Shown piece by piece: positions 48,017 to 59,634 of a stretch of 64,000 bases of DNA. Source of the stretch: Peribolospora baueri (Eukaryota); assembly GCA_029717555.1 (NCBI GenBank), contig JAMDHS010000079.1, positions 1-64,000 of the forward strand. Direction: 5' to 3'. The notes under the pieces are model-generated. The model ran no database searches. It worked only from the letters and a program-made list of their open reading frames with translations, and had not been told where the DNA came from. The translations under genes were made by a program, and so were the position numbers. Each line of letters begins with the position of its first letter. The stretch's first letter is position 1.

Positions 48017-50054
48017 GGTGTTCGCCGGCGAGGGCGGAAGGAGGGTGGGGGAGGGGAACTAGGTGCGACGACGGACCGCGAGGGGCGGCCGTCGAGCAGA
48101 CGATCGACGTGGTGGGGGGGAAGAGAGTGGCGGCAGTAAGGAAGGGGCATGCGCCTCAATTACGTCGTCGAGGACGGCGGGTGGGTGCTGGCGCGAGGCG
48201 GGGGTTGATCATGAGAAGGGCGGTGAGGGCAAGAGGGGGGATGAGATGGAGGAAGGGCGCAAGGTGGGCGGGCGATAGAGGGAAGGAAGAAGGTTGGAAA
48301 AGAAAGGCTGCAGGGAAGCGAGCGGGGTCTGTTGGTGGACAAGCGCGTGGGTGGTTGCGTCTCGAGTCGAGTCGATGGACCAAGGAAGTGGTCGTAGGGA
48401 AGAAGGGAAGAAAGGAAGGAGGAGGGATGAAGGAGGGAGGGATAGGAAACGGATGAGGTGACGATGGTGACGAAGACGGCGGCGAGCGACGTCGACGTCG
48501 ACGACAACCACCAAGACGACCACGACCACGACGTCGATCCGTCATCCAACTTGGACCCGTTCACCCCGTCCTTGTCCTTTTCGCTCTCGCCTCGCCTCGC
48601 CTCGCCTAACCTAGCCTCGCCTCGCCTTGCTTCGCTTCGTCTCGCCACGCCTGCTCTCGCTTTCTCGCTTTCTCTCTTTCTCACTCTCTCCCTCCTCGCC
48701 CAACCCAACCGCCGCCTGTGCCGTTCTCGCTCGCTCGTTCGGCCGGCCGTGCCTGCCGAGTCGAAGTTGGTTGGTGTGGCGGGTCGCGCCCGATCACGAT
48801 CCAAGATGGCCGGCCGGCCGTGTCGGTCCAGGGGGCCGACGGACGAGGATAGAAGGAGAGACGGCATGGCAGACAAGACAGAGAGACAGAGAGACGGTGG
48901 ACAACCACTAATAACTAATAGCTAATAACTAACTAACTGGCTGGCCCCACGCACCGATGTCCACGATACGACGTCGCACGCTCGCCCCGGAGAATGCAAT
49001 GGACAGCTCCCACTCCGACTCGGCGCATCTTGCGCCAGCCATCGTTATGGATCCGGATTCGGCACTATGTGCGTTAAGACTTGACACTACACCGCACCCG
49101 GCCCGCGCATGTATTACGTAAGTCGCAGACGCAAACGCAGGCGCAGACAAACGGCTCCTTCTCCTCCTCCGCATCGCCCCTCGCGCTCAAAACAGACCCT
49201 CGCCCGCCTCGGCAGGTCATCGGCACGAGGCGCCCGTCGTCAATGTAAGGACGACGATAGCTTGCGTAGGGACCGACCCGACCGCCTGGACGGCAAAGCG
49301 TCTCGAGACGTCGGGCCAGGGTTTGCTTGCGTGCGCATCGCAGCCGCCCCCGCCCCGGTCCCGTCTCGACACACACACTGGCCTGCCCTGGCCGTCTTGC
49401 CAGTCGTGTCGCGATCCCACTTTTTCTCCTCTTTTGTATATATACACTGACTACACTGTACTCAGAGAGACGGTCTCGGAGTGCTCGCGTCGCGTGCTTC
49501 CTCCGTCCGTCGCCCCGCACACGCTCGAGCTGGCGAGCGAGGCATGTGCTCAAACTCGGACCGGAGCGAGGACGAAGCGGAGACGGAGACGGAGACGGAG
49601 ACGGAGATGCGGTGCGATGCGGTGTGCACGGACGGCGCGGACCGAGTCTAATAATAAGTGGACGTTAGTTAGTCAGGCATGCCACTGTCACTGCCGGCGA
49701 CGACGACGTTGGCCACGCGTGTCGTCATCGCGCTTCCCTCCATCTTTATTTTCGCCCTTCCCCTCGCTTTCCCTTTCCCTTCCCGCCTATCCCCTCGCCC
49801 TTGCACCGGCACCTCGCCGCCCGCGCCCAGCCTCTCTCGCCGCAGCCGCACGTCTCCGCCCCGCAAGAGACGGACGGTCTGAGAAGAAAAGAAAGACGAA
49901 GAGAGTGGATCACGTGCTGTCTTCGTCGCGTCCTCTACTCGGCCTCGCACCGTCTTCTTTCCTCCTCTTCTCTCTCTCTCCATGTGTTCAGTCTTTAAGA
50001 TCTCCCTTTTCTTCACTACTTCTTTCGCATTTCCCCCATTCCCCCCCCCGCCTG

Positions 50055-50830
50055 TCGGCGGTGTAAAAATCGCTCTCCCCCGTCGCTACTTCCGAATGGC
50101 CGATAAAACACCCAGACCAGACCATGTTTCCAGCTATGCGCTGTCTGCCGTCGCATCAACCCCAAGGAATTCGAAGCCAGGCTCGACGTCAAGCTCGACG
50201 CCAACGTCCTCCAGTCACCCCACCTTCCGTGCCTCCTACACTCATCCCAACGGCTAACTCCGCTAGTGAGTGCCTCCCTGTCCCCCTCCGTCCATAGGGT
50301 AGACCCTGCCGTGCTCGACGCGATCGCGGCCAACACTCTCCGGCCCGAGCATCTCTACAAGGTCGCCAGCCCCGATTCATATACAAGGGGCAAAGCCTCT
50401 CCGTCAGGGAAGCGGCTTGCTATCGAAGACGGGCGTTTCACCGTCCAAGATTTCCCCATGTCCGCTTCAAACGCCCCCTCCGCCTTTCCGAAAGCCGTCC
50501 CCTCCGTCTCCGCGTTCATGCATGTCTGCACGATCTACACTGTCATTAGATCTTCGTTCAACGAAGGCTTTCCGCGCTGGCAATCACAAAACCCTTGGGG
50601 AGGCACATGCTGTACGTCGGCGAGCTCGCCGTTCAGTAGTACCAATGGCCTTCGGTTCGTTGCTTATCACCTCGCCCGTCTGCCGCAATAACTTTCAGAG
50701 CGCCGAGTTCTTCAGCCCAGAGGGATGGCTGAACAAGGACACGGAGGCGTACATCGAGCATATCGGGCCTGAAGCCGCCGCGTCTGGTCCCCGCCCCCAA
50801 CCCCAGCGCGGCCCCTCGAAACCTCTTCGG
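50055..50830 (+). mobile_element. DIRS/Ngaro-like gag relic, copy 2 (frameshifted)
   Basis: HRVDPAVLDAIAANTLRPEHLYKVASPDS...AFPKAVPSVSAFMHVCTIYTVIRSSFNE...VAYHL...NFQSAEFFSPEGWLNKDT; the 5' part GVKIALPRRYFR resembles GVKSVHLRRFFR at 4266. Confidence 0.7.
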
Positions 50831-50846
50831 GCTACCCTACCCGCTT

Positions 50847-51003
50847 TCATCGTAGGAACGACACCTTTGCATATTACCTTATTCTGTTACATGGCGACGC
50901 CTGCAGGATTCCAACCTGCGCCAACAAAGTGGACGGCCTTAGCACGCAGTCGTCGCCATGTAACAGAATAAGGTAATATGCAAAGGCGTCGTTCCTACGA
51001 TGA
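50847..51003. repeat. Near-perfect hairpin, 53-bp arms (50847-50899 / 50951-51003), 1 mismatch
   Basis: TCATCGTAGGAACGACACCTTTGCATATTACCTTATTCTGTTACATGGCGACG versus CGTCGCCATGTAACAGAATAAGGTAATATGCAAAGGCGTCGTTCCTACGATGA. Confidence 0.97.
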
Positions 51004-51119
51004 GGAGCCGGCGGGGGCGAGGTAGGGTCATCTGCCGCAGCACTAGACGCTACTCTGGAGGGGAGGAGGCGAGGTGGGAAACACGCCCGCACTCACCGCT
51101 GCAAAGTTCATGTTCACAC

Positions 51120-51800
51120 TAGAGTCGACGGCCTGGCCGAGCCATCTCTCTTCGCCTGGTTCTGGTCTTGGTCGACCGCGGCGCCGCAGCCGATACAAAC
51201 GTGCTTCCTAGCGCAGTCCTTCCTTGGCATCTCTCGCTGACGTTCCAGAGGAGGCAGATCTCGTCGCTCCAGTTTCGAAGTGGTCCGAAGAGGTTTCGAG
51301 GCGCCGCGCTGCGGCTGGTGGCGCTGAGGCAGGCGCGGCAGCTTTGACTGGCGCTAGCCGAGGAGCAGGCCCGATATGCTCGATGTACGCGATCGTGTCC
51401 TTGTTCAGCCATCCCTCTGGGCGGGAACTCGGCGCTCTGAAAATTCTTCCGGTAGACGGCGAGAGGTGGGTAAGCAACGACCAAAGGCCTTACCCTTCGG
51501 AAAGGCGGAGGCGGCATTTGAAGCGGAGACGCGGAGATCGTGAATCGTGAAACGCCCGTCTTCGATAGCAAGCGGCCTTGCCCATGGTATACGAATCGGG
51601 GCTGGCGACCTTGTAGAGATGCTCGGGTTGGAGAGTGTTGGACGCGATGGCGTCGAGCACGGCAGGGTCTGCCCTATGGACGGAGCGGGGACAGGGAGGC
51701 ACTCACTAGCGGGGTTAGCCGTTGGGATGAGTGTAGGAGGCGCGGAAGGTGGGGTGACCGGAGGACGTTGTGGGGAGGGGAAGGCCCAGAGCCGGGCGCG
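51120..51800 (-). mobile_element. DIRS/Ngaro-like gag relic, copy 3, inverted relative to copy 2, with Cys/His zinc-finger remnant
   Basis: HRADPAVLDAIASNTLQPEHLYKVASPDS...EGWLNKDTIAYIEHIGP...ICLLWNVSERC..(frameshift)..CARKHVCIGCG. Confidence 0.7.
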
Positions 51801-52121
51801 AAAGCGGGTACCGGGCACGATGGCGGGCACAGAAGGGGAGTCGGGTCGAAGGGTTAGGTAGTGAAGAAAAACAAAGAAAGAGGGAGAGAGAGATGATAAA
51901 AGGAGAGGAGGAGCGGAAAATAACGAGCGAACGGACGGACGGACGGGCGGATGTGGGCAGGCTTCGTTCGACCGGGGCTAGCTCGCAGGGGCCTTTGGAA
52001 CGCTGCGTGCGACGCGATCCGATCGATGCTGTATTATTGCAATTTCCACCGGAGACGTGGATGGACAGGCGAAGCGACGCGAACGACGACGATGACGACG
52101 ACGACAAAAGAAAGAAAGAAA

Positions 52122-55014
52122 TTACAACTTGGCTTTGGGAACGGCGTTCTTGCTCTCGTTTTGCTCCTTCTGTGCCACTTTGCGCAGGTCCTTGCGCAGG
52201 ATCTTGCCGGCCGCGCTGAGCGAATGGAAGGAGGAGGACGGGGAAGCGAGGTCGGATTGGATCGGATCGGATCAAATGACATGACATTGACATGAGATGA
52301 GATGAGAAGAAATGAGGATGAGATCAGAACCGAACAAACGCGCCCACAAAAGTCCTTCTCGACCGACGCGGCGACCGAACTCACGTCCTCGGCACCGCGT
52401 CCAAGAATCGAACGCCCCCACGAAGGCGCTTGTGCGCCGCCACCTTGGCCCGGACAAAGGCCACAATCTCCTCGACCGTCGACGCGTCGCGCGTCACGCC
52501 GGGCTTTACGACAACGTCTGGAGAAGGAGGTGAGGCGAAGCGGAAGGGTGGGAGGGAGGGCATTAGAGAACAGGAACCGAGGGCGGTCAGAACAACGTCG
52601 GACACCACGCCCCGACCCCGACGCGACTCACACGCGCGCGGAAGCTCGGTGGCCTGCTCCTCCGCGTAGACGCCGACGACGGCCGCATCGGCGACTCTGT
52701 GACGACGGAAAGCGAAAAGCAAGGACTCCAGGTGAGTCAACATCGGGTCGACACGAGAGAGATAGAAAGACAGACGCGACGCACTTGGGATGGGTCAGGA
52801 GAAGCGCTTCGAGCTCGGCGGGGGGCACTTGGAAGCCCTTGTACTGTGACGACGGGAAAGGCGAGGCGAGCGAGGCCTAAACGTCAGCGCGGACGATCCG
52901 AAAATGAGCACGCCCCGCGTCGTCTACCGATACGACCGCCGACCGACCTTGATGAGCTCCTTCACCCGATCGACGATGAAGATGAAGTCGTCCTTGTCGA
53001 TGTAGCCCACGTCTCCGGTGTGGAGCCAGCCTTGCTCGTCCAGCGCCTCCGCCGTCGCCGACAGGTTCTTCGTGTAGCCCCTGGCCGACGGCACGTGTCA
53101 AGAGTCAGTGTTGCCCCAGCCAGCACGACCCTGAGTCAGCACCGTACCAACCAGTCATGGCGAGCAAAAAAGAACCGAAAAAAAAGGGCGACGCACTTCA
53201 TGATGTTAGGACCTCGGACCCAAAGCTCGCCCCTTTCGCCTCGCGGTACGTCCTTGCCGTCAGGGTCGACAAACCTGATCTCCACGCCGGGCACCGGCCT
53301 ACCGACGCTACCCGGGCGATTGTGCTTCCACGTGGCCACCGTACCGGCCACCGTCGTCTCCGTCATGCCCCATCCCTGCACGACCGGCATACCCAACCTC
53401 TTTGCCGTCTTCTCCGCCACCTCTGCGCCCAACGGCGCGGCGGCGCAGAGCAGCTGGTTCAGGCTCGAGTAGTCGTACTTGGGGACGATCGGATGAACGG
53501 CCAAACCGAGTGCCATGGGCGGCACCACGAAAGTGGACTGGATCTTGTGCTTCTCGATTGCCTCGCAGAACAGCGGGAGGTCGAAAGGCGCGAGGACGTA
53601 GGTGGTGCCGGCCGAGGCGATCGTACACATCAGGGCACAAACGTTGCCGAACGCGTGGCTGCAGGCGACGAAAGAAGACGAGAGATGAACACGAACCCCC
53701 CGCCTAAGCCAACTGGCCGCACCATCGCACGAAGCCAAAGTGGTCAATGCAGAGGCGAAGACGACGGCGCTCACAAGAATGGCAGGACGACGAGCGTCCG
53801 GACGCCGGGGAAGGTAGTGCCGTTGGGAATGCAACGTAATTGCTCAATCCTGCGCGCGTGAAGAGGTGAAGTGTGTCAGAATAATAAAAAAAAGGCCGCG
53901 TTACAGGCGGAAGGGCGAGGGAAAGAAAGGGAAGGAGCGACGACGGACATGCTCGTGACGTTGTAGTGCGACAACTCCACGCCCTTGCCCTTGCCCGTTG
54001 TGCCGGACGAAAACGGGATGTAAGCCGTCTCGTGAGCGGCGTCGCCGTCGAAACGCTCGGGCTCAAGCTCCCGGGAGGAGCAGAGGTCCCAGATGGAGCG
54101 AAAGCCAGCCGGCGCGGACGCGTCTTGATCGATGATCACGTATGCGACGGAAGTGCTTATGCCGGCCTCCTTGACGACCTTGATGAGATTGGGCGGGCAG
54201 ATGATCGCTTTGGCGTCGCTGAAGATGATCGAGGGAGCACACAGGGTTACGCTCTCAGCTTCGGCCCAAGGGTCGAGAGTAGGTACACTAGGGAGGATGC
54301 TACCCCTGCCGGGCCGTCATCGTAAGCGCGCCTGGTGGGCTCACCTGATGTCCCAAGCGTGCTTCAACTCGTCGGCCTGATAAGCACTGTTGGCCAAGGC
54401 GGTGCGAAGGCCGGCAGCTTGGCACCCAAAGGAGGCGACGGGCCAATAGATCGAGTTGGGGGCAAAGAGCATGCTGTCGGACGACGAAGCGGGTGTGACG
54501 ACCGTAAGCAGCCTGCGAGCCTTGGCCGCCTCGCGCGACGTTCAAAGTCGGAGATACGTCAAGACGGCTCACATGGTATCACCGCGCTTCAGGCCCACGT
54601 CGTGTCGGAGACCGTAAGCAAGCCTCTTGGACGTATTCACGAGACCACCGTAGCTGGGGACGTGGGAAGGAAGGAGGAGGAACGGCCGGACGCCGCGCGG
54701 TCGGTCCGCCTCGTTGAGCGTTCGGTCCCATCTGACGACCGGGGAAAGACTGAACGAGGAAAAGAGGGCGGCGACGCTCACCTAAAGTACTTTCCCGTCC
54801 TCACGTCCACGAGCGCCTTCCTGTCGTCTGGCGTGCCATGGGCGAAGAGGTGGGAGAACTGGACGAACGTGGCCGGTGGGCAGCCAGTGGAGCGTCAGAT
54901 CAGATCAAGCGCCCCACTTTCTCCCCTGAACGACAACGAACGATGCCTATTCACCACGGAGTGCTTGGGCAGGCTCTTGAGCGGCTCGCCAGGATACGTA
55001 TACGTCTGCGGCAT
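52122..55014 (-). CDS. Peroxisomal AMP-dependent acyl/aryl-CoA ligase (4-coumarate- or phenylacetate-CoA ligase-like)
   Basis: Motifs [52 protein letters not shown] and [12 protein letters not shown]; ends GKILRKDL...PKAKL* (PTS1); many short exons. Confidence 0.92.
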
Positions 55015-56217
55015 GTCGGCAGCTAGGGTGTTCGAGTCGGGTCGGCCTGCACCAAAATCAAAACCAAACGGAGTGGTCGTTCTTCGCAGAGAAGGGGGAA
55101 GGGGAGCGAGCGCCGGCCCATCTCGTTTCATTCGTTTCGTTCCTGCTTGCCCTTCCGGTTCAACACAAACCCGGCCACCGGTTCCTGGGGCCGGGGCACG
55201 AGTGAAACAGACGGCCTAGACGGACGTTGCGAAGGAATGGCGGGGACACCGCTGCGACGGGCGAGCACGGGTTCGGGTGACCAAGCGAGCGGTGCACGGC
55301 CCCTTGAATTACCGGTGTGTACGGGTGCACTGGCGGAGCGACTGCGGCACCTCCCAGCACCTCGATCCCCGAGGCCATCCCTTCTCTGTCTACACCAATT
55401 GGAAGCCTTCAATATCAAGGATCTCGAGGAGTAGCGCGAGCGTCACGAGCCATGGTTGCCCTCCATCCTGTCATCCTCGTCGCCATCCCAGAGAGCGGGA
55501 CCGTAGACATGGCCCGCGCCGAGAGCGAAGCGGACTGCTCGTACCTGCACCTGACCTTTCTTTACCTGCACTTTGCTTGGCCTTGCCTTGCCTTGCCTTG
55601 CCTGTGCTGCCGCCCGCTATGTGGCGTGCGCGGCGGAAAGAGGGACGCGAGTGCTCGCTCGCGGAGGGGACGGCGTTGGGGGAACGGGACGGCCGCGCTC
55701 AAGGCTGGCTGTAGTTGTTTATTATTGCCTTGAAGCTCCCGCTCTAAGTCCCGCTCTAAGCACGGCCAGCGGCGATCACGCACGCACGAGACGCCACGAC
55801 GGGTGCAGACGAACATGGCCACGAACGCGAACGCAGCCCGCCATGAAGGCTTCTCTCCAATACACACATACCCACCTTATCCATCTCCCCTTCCTTCCTT
55901 CACCTTGGAGACGAGCAAACGCCGAGCAGGCCTCGCGCTCCCGCGTCCGTCATCTCGCTCGCAGCCATTCTAGCCTCGCCCTCTTCAGTTCGTCCTTCGT
56001 CTTCTTCCCACCCTCGGACTTTCTTTCTGCCTTTCGTTTCTCTTGGCCCCTGACCACCTTCGCTCCACTTCGCTCCAGCCAAGGTCTGGCGTACGTCGTC
56101 GCCAGCTTCAGATAAAAAGCCTCCCCCCACGTTCCTTGGACCTTTACGCCCCACACCAGGGACCACCCTCCTTCCCTTCTCATCTCTTAAAGCCTCTTGA
56201 GACCAGGCTCTCTCGTC

Positions 56218-59200
56218 ATGAAGATCATCTTCCTTTGCACGGCGTACGACGCTCTGGCGCAGAGGTGAGCCCTTTTCCGTCTATCTCCTTTGATCAAGGA
56301 AAGACATGCTTAAGTGTGCCTCCGTGTTCGGCCTCCAGGCTTGCTCTCGTCCTGCGCTCGCACGGCCACGCGGTCACGGTCGAGTACGACATATCGGCCG
56401 AAACGATGACCGAGGCCGTAAACCTCTCCCAACCCGACCTCGTCATCTGCCCCTTCCTCACCAACCTCGTTCCCAAAGACATTTACGAGCACTGGTTGAC
56501 CCTCATCCTCCATCTCGGCGCCCCTGCCGACGCCGCCCCATCCGCTCCCGACTGGGTCCTCACGGGAGATGACGGAGCGATCGAGGACGCTGGCCATCCT
56601 TGCCGATGGGGCGTCTCCGTCACGCAGGCGGTTGGGGCCCTCGGCGTGGGGCCGGCCTGGGCCTTCGACCAACTCCCGGTCAAGGTGGACTGCTCGCCCG
56701 ACGAGTCGCTCACGAGCAGCGTGCTCTATCGCGGACCGGTCACCCGCGCCGCCGTCGCCGCCGTGCTCAAGGCTCTTGAACGCATCACTGACGCAGTCCT
56801 GGCTGCGGGCACCAAAGATGCCGTTCGCCCTGACCTCGTTCCTCCCCCAGAGGTGCGAACCATCTCATGGACCGCCTCGCTGCCGCTCCAAGGGGGTCCA
56901 TCCCATGACCGTCCTCTGCTCACGCATTCAGAACGCGACTTGGACTTTCGGACACACCCCGCTGAAATCATCGCTCGCCGCATCCGATCCGTCGACTCTC
57001 AACCCGGCCTCCTCACGCGCCTGTTCAGCGAAAAGGCGCCCCTGTTCGTTTACGGCGGCCTCGTGGAGCACAACAAGTTGCCGGCGGCGGCAGCGGAGAG
57101 AGCCGAGCGAGGCGGACCTGGGACCGTTGTGGCGCAGCGTCAGGGTGCGGTTCTCGTCAGCACCAAGGACGGCAATGGCGTGTGGATCACGCATGTCAGG
57201 AGACCCAAGGCCGACACGGACAAGTATCTCCACCCCAGATTGCCCGCCGTCATGGGTCTCCAAGCAGACCCAGAGCTGTTCGAGAGCCTTCAGATGGGCG
57301 ACGTGCCGGAGTGGGATCTCGTCGAGCACACCGGCGGGTGGGGTCCCGTCCTCGGGACCTTCCAGCAGGTATGGATAGACGTGGAGGAGTACCCTTTAGC
57401 GCATCTCCCCACTGCTGCACCCGTCAAGATGGCCTACCTCCACTTCGATTCCTATGACGGCTCCATGTCTACCTCGCAAGCCCGGCTGCTCTCCGACGCA
57501 CTCCGGCACGCGCTCACCATCCCTGGCTTGAGGGGGCTCGTTCTCATGGGCGGAAGCTACTTCGGCAACGGCATCGCCCTCGACGTGCTTGAAGGCGCGC
57601 CCGACCCCGCCACCGAGAGTTGGGCCAACGTCAACGCTATCGATGACGTCGTGCAGACCTTCCTCGACCCGCGGCTCACCGCCGACCGCGGCATCCTCAC
57701 CTTGGCCGCCGTTCGTGGAAACGCATCTGCAGGAGGCCTCGCCCTCGCCGCTGCTGCGGACGTCGTCCTGTGCGCCGAGGCCGTCGTCCTCAATCCACAT
57801 TATAGAAGCATCGGTCTTTTCGGCTCTGGTGAGTCTGGCGCCGTTGCGACCAGCAATAGCGAATGCGGGTCATCGAGTTCTCACTGGAAGCTGACGTTTT
57901 GCCTTGACGATCACGCCATTTTTGTCAGAATTTCATACTTTCACCTTCCCGGCTAGAGTGGGCGAGGAAAAAAGTGAGCAGATTTTGCGACAGATGCTCC
58001 CCATGAGCGCCAGCGAGGCGCAGGAGCTTGGTTTGATCGACCTCGTGGTCGGCGCGGGGAGCGAAGACGCTGAGGAAGTGGACGCGTTGGTCAAGGCCGC
58101 CGTTAGGGCGATCGTCACCGCTCCCGTCGCCAGCCAAGAGCCGGTGACGACGCTGGGCGCGCCCTGGACCAAAGCGACGAACGCCGACGACGAGATTCCG
58201 ATTGGCGCCTCTCTTAACACGGATCTGCTCCTGCACCACAAGCGCGAATACATGGGCCGTCTCTCCCAGGACCCGTCCGTCCATCCCCTTCTCCGCTTCC
58301 GCCAGGCCGAAATGCATCAGACGAGCCTCGACTTCTTCCATCCCTTCCGGTCGCAGCGCTATCACGCGCGTCGGCTCGCGTTCGTGAGGAAGGCGCGGCC
58401 AGCTGCCACACCCACGAGGTTCGCCTTGCACAGGCGCTACGATGGGCCCGGTTGGAACGACGCGGCGGCGCGAGGCGAGTGCCCGAAAACGCTGGACGAA
58501 GAGGAGCGGGACGCTTTCGATGGTTTAGGCGATGTGCCTATCGGACCGACCGTCATCCACTGGCGGCACCGAGACGAAGGTCAGCCGGACGTGGTCGTGG
58601 GGGGACCAGATGCCGAGACGCCGACTTTGGCGGCGGACTTGGTCAGCGCGCCGGGCTTGTTGCCCACACCCGCGACGAAAAAGACCATGAACTGGCACCG
58701 AAGGAGTCCCAGCCGAGATCATGGTCTTCTGCCAAAGCCCGTGGCAGTGCCGGAAGAGCTCGCGCCGTCGACAGCGGCCATCGAGTTCAACAGAGCGCTT
58801 CAGGAGAGGGGCCTGCTCACCCCCGTCAGTCCCGCCATGAGCGACCTCAGCAGCGTGGGCTCGCCCCCACCCTCCACGCCCCAACGCTCTTTCGGGGCCG
58901 TACAGGGCGGCCAAGCGAGACCCACGACGCCGAGCGGTCAAAGTCAGAGCAGCCCTGACCCAACGAAAGCGACGTGGACGGAGGGTGGGTTCCTGACCTC
59001 CTTCGGCCGCGCAATCGCATCGGGTTGGGCCGTCGCAAGCGGAGACAAGCGCTCCGCTGACGCTGACAGCAGTCCGCTGGCGAGCCCTGCAACACCCTGG
59101 ACGGGCGCAATAACGTCCTCGTTCGCGGAGCAGCAGGTTCCACAACCTCCTGCGCGCCTCTCAGCTCCTCCGCTTCTTCCGGCGAAGAAACCGTCCGGTC

Positions 59201-59634
59201 AGACGTACGAGCAGCAAGAGCAGCCACGGCGGCAAGAACAACAACAGCAGCAACAGAGGCAACAAGCCACCCCGACAACGACCGCGCGGGAGAAAGCGAC
59301 GGAAGACGAAAGCCCGCCGCCTACCGGCAGTCTCAGAGGGCTGGGCAAAATGCTAGGCGGGTGGCGAACGAAAGCTCTCGATCAAATGGAGTCTTTGGCC
59401 TCTGCAGCCTCTGCAGCGGCGGCCGCAACCACACTGCCTCGCATGCTCCAACAAGCCGGCGGTCGCGCTGCTCCTCGCCCTGAGGATGGGGCCAAAGCTT
59501 CCGTAGTCCAGGATGCGTCGCCGTCGTCGTCGTCGTCGTCGCCGGACGAGCAGGTGGAGAAGGGTACTACCTCGACCAAGGCGCACGGCAAGGCGCGCCA
59601 GCCTCTCTTCTCCTGGTCCGTCCGCGACGAGTGA
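56218..59634 (+). CDS. HypX/HoxX-like protein (formyltransferase-like plus enoyl-CoA hydratase/crotonase-like domains) with long disordered C-terminal tail
   Basis: MKIIFLCTAYDALAQR|LALVL...PDLVICPFL...IRSVDSQPG...VWITH...FDSYDGSMSTSQ...FGNGIAL..ESWANVNAIDDVV...RGNASAGG...VVLNPHYRSIGLFGSE|FHT. Introns 56265-56338 and 57829-57928. The exact 3' end is uncertain (possible terminal intron). Confidence 0.85.

Noticed and set aside
50055..51800. Interpretation as a MITE or DNA transposon with terminal inverted repeats
   Set aside because: The arms are gag-like coding sequence rather than TIRs; no target-site duplication or transposase was found.
56218..59634. Recent bacterial transfer or contamination as the source of the HypX-like gene
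   Set aside because: The gene has canonical spliceosomal introns and host-like composition, and no other hydrogenase genes are nearby.
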